Part shown: piece by piece, positions 36,897-47,690 of the stretch | Layout of the letters: each line of letters begins with the position of its first letter | Position numbering within the stretch: position 1 is the stretch's first letter | Source of the DNA: Leucoraja ocellata | Lineage: Eukaryota | Assembly (NCBI GenBank): GCA_036785375.1 | Contig: JAWMAR010000361.1 | Location: 2,232,001 to 2,296,000 of the forward strand | Reading direction: 5' to 3' | DNA length: 64,000 bases | Position numbers and translations under genes: made by a program | Notes under the pieces: model-generated | Seen by the model: the letters and a program-made list of their open reading frames with translations, nothing else | Told to the model about the DNA's origin: nothing | Databases searched by the model: none

Positions 36897-37297
36897 TTTT
36901 ACCAAGCCAATTAACCTACAAACCTAAGGTACACAAAAATGCTGGAGAAACTCAGCGGGTGCAGCAGCATCTATGGAGCGAAGGAAATAGGTGACGTTTC
37001 GGCCCGAAACGTCACCTATTTCCTTCGCTCCATAGATGCTGCTGCACCCGCTGAGTTTCTCCAGCATTTTTGTGTACCTTCGATTTTCCAGCATCTGCAG
37101 TTCCTTCTTGAACACAACCTACAAACCTGTACGTCTTTGGAGTGCGGGAGGAAACTAAAGATCTCGGGGAAAAAACCCAGGCATGACATGGGGAGAACGT
37201 GCAAACTCCGCACAGACAGAAACTGTAGTCTGGATCGAACCCGGGTCTGTGGCTCTGCATTCGCTGTAAGGCAGCGGCTTTACTGCTGCACCATCGT
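36897..37297 (-). mobile_element. V-SINE-type SINE interrupted by a Penelope-derived insertion
   Basis: accaagccaattaacctacaaacct | aacctacaaacctgtacgtctttggagtg...ggatcgaacccgggtct...ctgctgcaccatcgtg. Confidence 0.85.
36926..37115. mobile_element. Palindromic Penelope-derived insertion with 13-bp TSD
   Basis: Perfect 77-bp inverted arms 36926-37002 and 37004-37080; aacctacaaacct at 36913-36925 and 37116-37128. Confidence 0.9.
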
Positions 37298-37434
37298 GAC
37301 TGGCCCATGGGCAAGGTCCTTATTGAGTATTTCTTCTCTGTTTTTGCCGAGGAGATAGGCACGAAGACTAGGGAGCTTGGGGTAGTCACGAGCAGTCTTA
37401 AGAGCAGTCATTATTACGGTGGAAGGTGTGCTGA

Positions 37435-39405
37435 AGGTCCTGATGTGTATCAGGATAGACAGATCTCTCGAGCTTGATCAAATATATCTGAAGACATTGT
37501 GGGTTGCTAGAGAGGAAATTGCAGGTGCCCTGGCTGAGAGTTATGAGTCGTCATTAAATACAGGTAAGGTGCCAGAGGGTGGAGAAGACTAGCGAATGGC
37601 AAATGTTATGCCTCCATTCAAAAAGGTTTGTAGGGAAAAGCTTGGGAACTACAGGCCAGTGAGCATAAGATCTGTGGTCAGAAAGCAACTGGTAAGTAAT
37701 CTAAGGGATAAGACATACATGCATATAAAGGGATAAGACATACATGCATTTAGATAGACAAAGGCTGATTAAGGATACTCAGCATGGTTTTGTACAGGGG
37801 AGATTGTGTCTCACGAATCGGATTACGTTTTTTGAAGATGTTATCATTGTATATATACAACATATAATCCACCGCCATTTTCGCCACCTCCAACGGGATC
37901 TCACCACTGGCCACATCTTCCCATCTCCCCCCCTTTCAGCTTTCCGCAGAGACTGTTCCCTCCATAACTCCCTGGTCAATTTGTCCCTTCCCACCCAAAG
38001 CACCCCCTCCCCTGGTTCTTTCACTTGCAACCGCAGGAAATGCTGCACTTGCCGCTTTACCTCCCCCCCCAGACTCCATCCAAGGACCCAAGCAGGATTT
38101 CCAGGTGAGGCAGAGGTTCACCTGCACCTCCTCCAACCTCATCTACCGTATCCGCTGTTCCAGGTGTCAACTTCTCTACATCGGTGAGACCAAGCGCCAG
38201 CGATCGTTTCACTGAACACCTCCACTCAGTCCGTGCTAACCAATCTGATCTCCCGGTGGCTCAGCACTTCAACTCCCCCTCCCATTCCGAATCTGACCTT
38301 TCTGAACTGGGCCTCCTCCATTGTCAGAGTGAGGCCCAGCGCAAATTGGAGGAACAGCACCTCATATTTTCCTTAGGTAGTTTACACCCCAGCGGTATGA
38401 ACATTGACATCTCTAATTTCAGATAGTCCTTGCTTTCTCCCTCCTTCCCCTCCCCCTTCATAGCTCTCCCACAAGCATACCGTCTCCACCTTTTCCTTTC
38501 TTCCCCCCTCCCCCCCGACATCAGTGTGAAGGATGGTCTCGACCCGAAACGTCGCCTATTCCTTCGCTCCATGGATGCTGCCTCACCCGCTGAGTTCCTC
38601 CAGCATTTTTGTCTACCATTGTATATATGGATTTCAGCAAGACATTTCACAAGATTCTGCATGGTAGGTTGCACTGGAAGGTTAGACTGCATGGTATCCA
38701 AGGAGAGATTGCTGAATGGATAGACAATTGGCTTCATGGAAGGAAGCAGAGAGTGATAGTGAAGGTTATTTTTTGGACTGGAGGCCCGTGCCTCAGGGTT
38801 TGGTGCTGGGCCCATTGCTATTTGTCATCTATATTAATGATTTGGATGAGAATGTACATGGCATGATTAGCAAGTTTGCAGATGACACAAAAAGTGGATG
38901 GTATTGTAGATAGTGAAGATGGATGTCAATAATTGCAGCAGGATTTTGATCGGTTGGGCAGGTGGGCTGAGGGAAGGCTGATAGAATTCAATACAGAGAA
39001 GGTGCGAGGTGTTGTGTTTTGGGACGTCAAACATGGGCAGAACCTACACAGTGTATGATAACGGTCTGGGTAGTGTTGTAGAACAGACAGATCCAGGAGT
39101 GCATGTACACAGTTCCTGCAAAATTAGGTCACAGGTAGATAGGGTGGTTAAAAAGGCTTTCGGCACATTGGCCTTCATCAGTCAGTATTGAGTATAGAAG
39201 TCAGGCAGTCACATTTAGAATATTGTGTTCAGTTTTGATCGCCATGTTGTAGTAAAGGTGTCAAGCTGGAAAGGGTGCAGAGAAGATTTACGAGGATGTT
39301 GCCAGGATCGAGGGCCTAACCTGGAGGGAGAGGTTGACCTTGTTAGGACTTTATCCCTTGGAGTGCAGGAGGACGAAGGGTGTGCAGAAATCATGAAAGG
39401 AATAC
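37435..39405 (+). mobile_element. Old CR1 ORF2 (RT region) remnant
   Basis: Frameshifted [39 protein letters not shown]...SKFADDTK. Confidence 0.85.
37857..38616 (+). mobile_element. Penelope-like element 3' fragment: GIY-YIG endonuclease plus terminal repeat, 12-bp TSD
   Basis: FTCTSSNLIYRIRCSRCQLLYIGETKR / RFTEHL...PVAQHFN...RKLEEQHLIFSLGSLHPSGMN; decayed hammerhead at about 38527-38554; cattgtatatat at 37845-37856 and 38617-38628. Confidence 0.88.
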
Positions 39406-39864
39406 ATCCTCATGGGACCAGTTTAATTCCGTTCAGAAGCTACACGCAGTTGTTATAGCTGCATGTCGTAGCTGGGAAGCGAGTCACAGATTATAGAAAT
39501 TTCCCAAGGGTAGGCACAGTATGCTTGGAGATGTGGGGAAAGATGGAGGGCGAGGTTATGGTGGGCTCCTACTTGACTGGCCACCAGCAATGTGAGTGCA
39601 TGGCCCGGATAATCACGTTAGTGTGAGATGACCAAAACCACTACAAGGTATGGGCTAATCAAGGAGGAAGTGATCTGAACTCAGGCGCCACCGGTAGTAA
39701 AGGCAGGCAGTAATTCCATCTGCATATCGCTGACCATTGAGAACTGAAGCCGCCAGATCCTGAGTACAGCCATTGATATTACAGTGCCGACCCTTTAATT
39801 GCCAACTCATTTTTGGACCATGTGTGATGAGGTACGAGGGTTACTGTAACTGAGCAGTGAATGT

Positions 39865-40130
39865 AGGACTGAGATGAGGAAAGACTTTTTCACCCAGAGA
39901 GTTGTGAATCTGTGGAATTCCTTGCCACAGAAGGCAGCGGAGGCCAATTCACTGGATGTTTTCAAGAGAGAGTCAGATATAGCTCTTAGGGCTAATGGAA
40001 TCAAAGGATATGGGGAGAAAGCAGGAACGGGGTACTGATTTTGGATGATCAGCCATGATCATATTGAATGGCGATGCTGGCTCGAAGGGCTGAATGGCCT
40101 ACTCCTGCATCTATTTTCTCTGTTTCTATG
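39865..40130 (+). mobile_element. CR1 3' fragment
   Basis: aggactgagatgagg...gttgtgaatctgtggaattc...gaatggcctactcctgc, tttctatg tail. Confidence 0.88.
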
Positions 40131-40269
40131 TCATACATTACAACCAAAAGTTTCAGTTTCTGTTGGCATTTAGAGAGCTATTAGTTGCATGACCTGTGAA
40201 GTTCTTGGTGCATGACTAACAACGGGCAAACATCAGTGGTGTCCATGTGTACCAATTTCCTGATGTGAT

Positions 40270-43200
40270 GCTGTCGGGGAGGATTTAAACTAATGTGGCA
40301 GGGGGATGGGTACAAGAGCAGAGAGGCAGGGGGGTGTAAAATGAAGGTAGAAGCAATAGGTAGCAAGGTGAAAAGTAAAAGTGGCAGGCAGACAAAACCA
40401 GGGCAAAAATCAAAAAGGGCCACTTTTCAACATAATTGTATAAGGGGTAAGAGCGTTGTAAAAACAAGCCTGAAGGCTTTGTGTCTCAATGCAAGGAGTA
40501 TTCGTAATAAGGTGGATGAGTTGAACGTGCAGATAGCCATTAATGATTATGATATAGTTGGGATCAAGGAGACATGGCTCCAGAGTGACCAAGGCTGGGA
40601 GCTGAACATCCCGGGATATTCAATATTCAGGAGGGATAGAGAGAAAGGAAAAGGAGGTGGGGTAGTGTTGCTGGTTAGAGAGGAGATTAACGCAATGGAA
40701 AGGAAGGACATTAGTTTGGAGGATGTGGAATCGGTATGGGTAGAGCTGCGAAACAATAAGGGGCAGAAAACGCTGGTCGGTGTTGTGTACAGGCCACCTA
40801 ACAGTAGTAGTGAAGTTGGGGATGGCATCAAACAGGAAATTAGAAATGCTTGCGACAAAGGCAAAGCAGTTATAATGGGTGACTTCAATCTACATATAGA
40901 TTGGGTGAATCAAACTGGCAGGGGTGCTGAGGAAGAGGATTTCTTGGAATGTATACGGGATAGTTATCTAAACCAACATGTAGAGGAACCAACGAGAGAG
41001 CTGGCTATTTTAGACTGGGTATTGAGTAATGAGGAAGGGTTAGTTAGTAGTCTTGTTGTGCGTGGCCCCTTGGGCAAGAGTGACCATAATATGGTTGAGT
41101 TCTTCATTAGGATGGAGAGTGACATTGTTAATTCAGAAACAATGGTTTTGAACTTAAAGAAAGGTAACTTTGAGGGTATGAGACGTGAATTGGCCAAGAT
41201 TGACTGGCAATTAATTCTAAAAGGGTTGACGGTGGATATGCAATGGAAGGCATTTAAAGACTGCATGGATGAACTACAAAAATTGTTCATCCCAGTTTGG
41301 CAAAAGAATAAATCAGGGAAGGTAGTGCATCCATGGATAACAAGGGAAATCAGGGATAGTATCAAAGCAAAGGATGATGCGTACAAACTAGCCAGAAAAA
41401 GCAGCATACCGGAGGACTGGGAGAAATTCAGAGACCAGCAGAGGAGGACGAAGGGCTTAATTAGAAAAGGAAAAATGGATTATGAAAGAAAACTGGCAGT
41501 GAACATAAAATCTGACTGCAAAAGTTTTTATAGATATGTGAAAAGAAAGAGATTAGTTAAAACAAATGTAGGTCCCTTGCAGTCAGAAACAGGTGAGTTG
41601 ATCATGGGGAACCAGGATATGGCGGACCAATTGAATAACTACTTTGGTTCCGTCTTCACTAAGGAAGACATAAATGATCTGCCGGAAATAGCAGGGGCCC
41701 GCGGGTCAAAGGAGGTGGAGGGATTGAGTGAAATCCAGGTTAGTCGGGAAGTGGTGTTGGGTAAATTGAATGGATTAAAGGCCGATAAATCCCCAGGGCC
41801 AGATAGGCTGCATCCCAGAGTACTTAAGGAAGTAGCTCCAGAAATAGTGGATGCATTAGTAATAATCTTTCAAAACTCCTTAGATTCTGGAGTAGTTCCA
41901 GAGGATTGGCGGGTAGCAAACGTAACCCCACTTTTTAAGAAGGGAGGGAGAGAGAAAACGGGGAATTACAGACCAGTTAGCCTAACATCGGTAGTGGGGA
42001 AACTGCTAGAGTCAGTTATTAAAGATGGGATAGCAGCACATTTAGAAAGTGGTGAAATCATTGGACAAAGTCAGCATGGATTTACGAAAGGTAAATCATG
42101 TCTGACGAATCTTATAGAATTTTTCGAGGATGTAACTAGTAGCGTGGATAGGGGAGAACCAGTGGATGTGGTGTATCTGGACTTCCAGAAGGCTTTCGAC
42201 AAGGTCCCACATAAGAGATTAGTATACAAACTTAAAGCACATGGCATTGGGGGTTCAGTATTGATGTGGATAGAGAACTGGCTGGCAAACAGGAAGCAAA
42301 GAGTAGGAGTAAACGGGTCCTTTTCACAATGGCAGGCAGTGACTAGTGGGGTACCGCAAGGCTCAGTACTGGGACCCCAGCTATTTACAATATATATTAA
42401 TGATCTGGATGAGGGAATTGAAGGCAATATCTCCAAGTTTGCGGATGACACTAAGCTGGGGGGCAGTGTTAGGTGTGAGGAGGATGCTAGGAGACTGCAA
42501 GGTGACTTGGATAGGCTGGGTGAGTGGGCAAATGTTTGGCAGATGCAGTTTAATGTGGATAAATGTGAGGTTATCCATTTTGGTGGCAAAAACGGGAAAG
42601 CAGATTATTATCTAAACGGTGGCCGATTGGGAAAGGGGGAGATGCAGCGAGACCTGGGTGTCATGGTACACCAGTCATTGAAGGTAGGCATGCAGGTGCA
42701 GCAGGCAGTAAAGAAAGCGAATGGCATGTTGGCTTTCATAGCAAGAGGATTTGAGTATAGGAGCAGGGAGGTTCTACTGCAGTTGTATAGGGTCTTGGTG
42801 AGACCACACCTGGAGTATTGCGTGCAGTTTTGGTCTCCAAATCTGAGGAAGGACATTATTGCCATAGAGGGAGTGCAGAGAAGGTTCATCAGACTGATTC
42901 CTGGGATGTCAGGACTGTCTTATGAAGAAAGACTGGATAGACTTGGTTTATACTCTCTAGAGTTTAGGAGATTGAGAGGGGATCTTATAGAAACTTACAA
43001 AATTCTTAAGGGGTTGGACAGGCTAGATGCAGGAAGATTGTTTCCGATGTTGGGGAAGTCCAGGACAAGGGGTCACAGCTTAAGGATAAGGGGGAAATCC
43101 TTTAAAACCGAGATGAGGAGAACTTTTTTCACACAGAGAGTGGTGAATCTCTGGAACTCTCTGCCACAGAGGGTAGTTGAGGCCAGTTCATTGGCTATAT

Positions 43201-43375
43201 TTAAGAGGGAGTTAGATGTGGCCCTTGTGGCCAAGGGGATCAGAGGGTATGGAGAGAAGGCAGTAAGGGATACTGAGTTGGATGATCAGCCATGATCATA
43301 TTGAATGGCGGTGCAGGCTCGAAGGGCCGAATGGCCTACTCCTGCACCTAATTTCTATGTTTCTATGTTTCTATG
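40270..43375 (+). mobile_element. CR1 LINE, 5'-truncated at the end of ORF1, ORF2 complete
   Basis: APE-RT ORF, 3' UTR and (tttctatg)x3 tail at 43352-43375; no clear TSD seen. Confidence 0.95.
40293..43295 (+). CDS. CR1 ORF2: APE endonuclease plus reverse transcriptase
   Basis: LNARSIRNK, ETWL, VYRPP, GDFN, SDHN (APE); KSPGPD, NYRPVSLTS, QHGF, DFQKAFD, GVPQGSVLGP, FADD, RPHLEYC (RT); 1000 codons without a stop; 1-nt loss near the end alters only the last few residues. Confidence 0.93.
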   Translation: MWQGDGYKSREAGGCKMKVEAIGSKVKSKSGRQTKPGQKSKRATFQHNCIRGKSVVKTSLKALCLNARSIRNKVDELNVQIAINDYDIVGIKETWLQSDQGWELNIPGYSIFRRDREKGKGGGVVLLVREEINAMERKDISLEDVESVWVELRNNKGQKTLVGVVYRPPNSSSEVGDGIKQEIRNACDKGKAVIMGDFNLHIDWVNQTGRGAEEEDFLECIRDSYLNQHVEEPTRELAILDWVLSNEEGLVSSLVVRGPLGKSDHNMVEFFIRMESDIVNSETMVLNLKKGNFEGMRRELAKIDWQLILKGLTVDMQWKAFKDCMDELQKLFIPVWQKNKSGKVVHPWITREIRDSIKAKDDAYKLARKSSIPEDWEKFRDQQRRTKGLIRKGKMDYERKLAVNIKSDCKSFYRYVKRKRLVKTNVGPLQSETGELIMGNQDMADQLNNYFGSVFTKEDINDLPEIAGARGSKEVEGLSEIQVSREVVLGKLNGLKADKSPGPDRLHPRVLKEVAPEIVDALVIIFQNSLDSGVVPEDWRVANVTPLFKKGGREKTGNYRPVSLTSVVGKLLESVIKDGIAAHLESGEIIGQSQHGFTKGKSCLTNLIEFFEDVTSSVDRGEPVDVVYLDFQKAFDKVPHKRLVYKLKAHGIGGSVLMWIENWLANRKQRVGVNGSFSQWQAVTSGVPQGSVLGPQLFTIYINDLDEGIEGNISKFADDTKLGGSVRCEEDARRLQGDLDRLGEWANVWQMQFNVDKCEVIHFGGKNGKADYYLNGGRLGKGEMQRDLGVMVHQSLKVGMQVQQAVKKANGMLAFIARGFEYRSREVLLQLYRVLVRPHLEYCVQFWSPNLRKDIIAIEGVQRRFIRLIPGMSGLSYEERLDRLGLYSLEFRRLRGDLIETYKILKGLDRLDAGRLFPMLGKSRTRGHSLRIRGKSFKTEMRRTFFTQRVVNLWNSLPQRVVEASSLAIFKRELDVALVAKGIRGYGEKAVRDTELDDQP

Positions 43376-44694
43376 TACCTTTTGTACCCCCTGGAAGTGA
43401 TCGCTTCCTCAGGTAAGACCAGTTTTATATGCAAAAGGGCCCAGTGTCTGGAACTGACTGCATTTATTCTCAGTTCAGGAATATTTTAATTCAGACTTGG
43501 ACGAAGGAAGAGAAGTGGGGAAATTTGGGGAAAAATAAAATCAGAACATTGCATTGGTAAGAGCTAACCCAGATTTAAGAAGTAGCATATTCTCAGAGGG
43601 AAATCACGATCTAATTAGCTGAGTAACAAGCCTCAATGTAGTCTGGAGCTGGCCCAGTTATTTAATCAGATGCTGTGCATTAAAATACTGCTTCTATCTT
43701 GGCAAATGATAAAAGAAATAGCAATTTCTCCTATTTGAAAAGTCCGTTTTGTAGAATATCTGAAAACTGTAAAAATTTGCGACACCAAAGCTGAGGCAAA
43801 TAGGCAAAAACAAATTAAAATGAGCTCTTCTTTAAATCCTTCTCTTCTTTTCCCACCTCGTCTCAAATCAATCGATTACAAATTTGATTCTGCCCTGGAT
43901 GGTGTTTTTTATAACATTGCTATTCACCTTGCTTTTCATTTATGCCTGTGTTGTCATCAGTATAACCAGTCACAAAGATTGCATCCCTTCTAGATCAATG
44001 TCACTTGATGGATCAGTCCATTTCCTCCCCAAGTGCCGCCTACCCCAATGAATTTTTCCAGCACTTTGTGTTTTGATGAATTTAATATTCAATATCAACA
44101 TATTTTCATTTGAACCAGGGCTTAAAAACATATATTTTGAGAGAAAAGGGGTGAATTTATGGGTAAACAATTTGATATCAGAGATTGAGATTGAGAAGTG
44201 ATTCTATGGATGAGAAGAGTCAAGTACTCTCATGTGGACACCTCCGAAAACAGGGAAATGGGATATGGATTTGCAGACTGCAAAAATGTTATGTTAGGAC
44301 TCACGGAGAGGCAGAATGTGTCAGTGAGACAGCAATCATGATAGTCGTGTTTGATTCTCATTGTCCTAATTAAAGATTAGCCCAATGCAGTCTGATCTTG
44401 GCCAGGTTCATTTATCTTGAAAACATCTTAACAGAATGTTGGCACCCTTCATGCGAGATCGGATCGCCCTCAGCTTTGATTTAAAAAAAACTGCTGGAGG
44501 AACTCAATGGGACAAGCAGCGTCCGTGGAGGGAAATGGATGATGCTTTGGGTCAGCACCCATTTTCAGAATGATGAGGCTCATGTATACGGAATGGTTGC
44601 TCCATATAGATACAGTTAAACAGTCTCTAGAATAATTAATTCTAAGTGGAAGAGGAGGCAAATGGTAATACTCTGAGATGTCAGCCAAGACATG

Positions 44695-45360
44695 TTGAGT
44701 CATGGAATCATACAACTCAGAAACAGGCCCTTCGGCCTAACTCATCCATGGCGACAAAGATCCCCATCTATGCTAGTCCCATCTGCCTGTGTTTGGCCCA
44801 AATCCCTCTAAAACCTTCTTATTCGTGTACCTGTCCAAGTGTGTTTTTAATGCTGTTATAAATGCAGTCCCTGAATAAAATTATCTCCTCTCATCCTCTG
44901 AATGCAAAAGTTGCTCCTCAGGCTCCTACTAGATCTTGTCCCTCTCACCTTAACCCTATGTCCACTGGTTCTCAATTGCCCTACTCTGGGCAATAGACGG
45001 CATCTATTCATCCCATGATTGTGTACACCTCTATATGATCACCCCTCATCCTCCTGCGCTCCAAGGAATAATGTCCTAGCATACTCAACTTCTCTCTACA
45101 ACTCAGGCCCTAGAGTCCTGGCAACATCCTCATAAATCTTCTCTGCACCCTTTCCTGTTTGACAACATCCTTCAGCCTCTCGCAATCCAAGGAATAAAAT
45201 CCCAGCCTGCCCAACCTCTCCCCGTAGCTCAGTCCCATCATTCTTGGCAACATTCTTGTAAATCTTCTCTGCACTCTTTCCAGCTTAATTGCATCCTGTC
45301 TATAGCAAGATGATTAAAACTAAACATTGTACCCCCAATGTGGCCTCACCAATATCTTGT
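44695..45360 (-). mobile_element. CR1-type LINE 3' fragment with internal duplication
   Basis: gagtcatggaatcatacaactcagaaacaggcccttcggcc...; segment 45050-45170 repeated at 45175-45295. Confidence 0.7.
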
Positions 45361-45364
45361 GTTA

Positions 45365-45830
45365 CATATAACCATATAACAATTTACAGCACGGAAACAG
45401 GCCATCTCGACCCTTCTAGTCCGTGCCGAACACGTATTCTCCCCTAGTCCCATACACCCGCATTCAGACCATAACCCTCCATTCCTTTCCCGTCCATATA
45501 ACTATCCAATTTATTTTTAAATGATAAAAACGAACCTGCCTCCACCACCTTCACTGGAAGCTCATTCCACACAGCCACCACTCTCTGAGTAAAGAAGTTC
45601 CCCTTCATGTTACCCCTAAACTTCAGTCCCTTCATTCTCAAGTCATGTCCCCTTGTTTGAATCTTCCCTACTCTCAGTGGGAAAAGCTTATCCACGTCAA
45701 CTCTGTCTATCCCTCTCATCATTTTAAAGACCTCTATCAAGTCCCCCCTTAACCTTCTGTGCTCCAAAGAATAAAGCCCTAACTTGTTCAACCTTTCTCT
45801 GTAACTTAGTTGCTGAAACCCAGGCAACAT
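45365..45830 (-). mobile_element. CR1 LINE 3' fragment (third subfamily)
   Basis: Minus ORF MLPGFQQLSYRERLNKLGLYSLE...FFTQRVVAVWNELP. Confidence 0.9.
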
Positions 45831-45899
45831 AAAATAGGAATGTTTAAAGTAATGAACAAACTTTCTCTCTGTTTCTACTCATTATATTATCTTTGATTG

Positions 45900-46410
45900 T
45901 GAGCAATTTTGGGCAATTGTGAGCAATTTTGGGCACCGTATCTGAGGAAGGATGTGCTGGCTCATGAGAGGCTCCAGAGGAGGTTTACAAGAATGATCCC
46001 AGGAATGAGTAGATTAACATATGGTGAGCATTTGATGGCACTGGGCCTGTATTCGCTGGGGTTTTGAAGAAATGTTTAGTAGGCTTGGATAGAGTGGACG
46101 TGGAGAGGATGTTTCTAATAGTGGGAGAGTCTAGAACAAGAGGTCATAGCCTCAGAATTAAAGGACATTATTTTAGGAAGGAGATGAGGAGGAATTTCTT
46201 TGTTAGAAGGTGGCGAATCTGGGGATTACCTCAGAAAGCTGTGGAGGCCAAGGCAGTGGATATATTTGAGATAGATAGATTCTTAATTAGTACGGGTATC
46301 CGAGGTGATGGGGAGAAGGCAGGAGAATAGGGTTAGGATGGAGAGATAGAATAGCAATGATTGAATGGCGGGGTAGACTTGATGGGCCGAATGGCCTAAA
46401 CCTGTTCCTA
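45900..46410 (+). mobile_element. CR1 LINE 3' fragment
   Basis: GLDRVDVERMFLIVGESRTRGHSL...; CR1 3' UTR. Confidence 0.85.
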
Positions 46411-47005
46411 TCACATGATCTAATGATCTCATGATCATTCATGGTATACTTCAATTAGATTAAACTTCAAACTGGCAAGTTCTCGTTTAATCTTACTATT
46501 AATTATGGTTGATGGAAGTTGGTTCAGAACACAGTCAGGCTGCACTGGTTGACCAATCCTTCATGGTTGAATAGCCATCTTGTATAGTTTCCAATGGAAG
46601 ATCTATCAAGTCCCCAGGGAATAATATTCCATCAAAGGCTAAATGGTCCAAGAAAGCAAGTGAAAGGGTGACCATTATAAGGATTAAGATGTTGTGCCAT
46701 TCAAAGTTTTCAATGTATGAATCACAATGTGCTTTCACAGTTTCAGGGCAGTGCATCCATAGTTAAGAGCAATGTGTACCAAAGGCCAAGCCGGCGTTTA
46801 ACACAGTAATGTGTTGTCAAAGTGATTATTCAAGAAAATACATCATATTTCAGCTATGTCAGTGAAGCTTAATAATTTATTTCTCTTAAGTCACGACGTT
46901 ACATCTGTTCACAAGGCATTAGACTAATGCAAAAATCGGCACAGGAACGAAAATAGAATTGGAAGCACTTTACGTTTTGTCAAAAAAAAAAACAAGTCTT
47001 CAATG

Positions 47006-47690
47006 GACAGACACAAAATGATGGAGTAATCATCAGGACAGGCGGCATCTCTGGAGAGAAGGAATGGGTGACGTTTTGGGTCGAGACCCTTCTTCAGACT
47101 GAGAGTCTGGGGAGAAGGAGACACAGAGATAATGGGCCTGAACCATTATGGCGACTTTATATGCAACTGCCAGCGTCTAATTTTAATGAAATTCACACTA
47201 CGACAGCAAGTACGACGACCTATGACAGCTAAAGTCGTCGCCACTGTTGCAGAACATGTTGAACATTTTTGTGGCAATCGCCGGTAGTCGCCCTAAAAAA
47301 ATTGCCTAAGTGGGACAGGACAATTAGTCAGTGCAAGGTGTGAGAATGAGACATCAAAGGTGATGATGCTCAAGGAAAATGGAGAATAGATCATTGTTAG
47401 CTGGTGGAAGGTGACAGCGAAGCAAACAGAGATAAGCTTTAATCAAAGGGACAGTCTGACTGGTCGGAGAACTGGGAAGGGGGAGGGATGGAGAGAGATG
47501 GAATGCAAGAGTTACTTGAATTTAGAGAAGTCAATATTCATACTACTGGGGTGTAAGATGCCCAAGCGAAATATGAGGTGCTGTTCCTCTAATTTGCACT
47601 GGGCCTCACTCTGATAGTGGAGGAGGCCCAGGACAGAAAGGTCAATGTGTGAATGGAAGGGGCAGTTAGAGTGTTTAGCATCTGGGAGAT
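47006..47690 (-). mobile_element. Penelope-like element 3' fragment (end of GIY-YIG plus terminal repeat with hammerhead motif at about 47070-47097)
   Basis: 47510-47690 is the reverse complement of 38245-38425; gacgttttgggtcgagacccttcttcag. Confidence 0.8.
47133..47323. mobile_element. PIF/Harbinger-type MITE inside the Penelope fragment
   Basis: taa|tgggcctgaaccattatggcga ... ttgcctaagtgggacaggacaa|tta. Confidence 0.6.

Noticed and set aside
40410-42889. Several 60-170 aa antisense ORFs
   Set aside because: Shadows of the CR1 ORF2 reading frame
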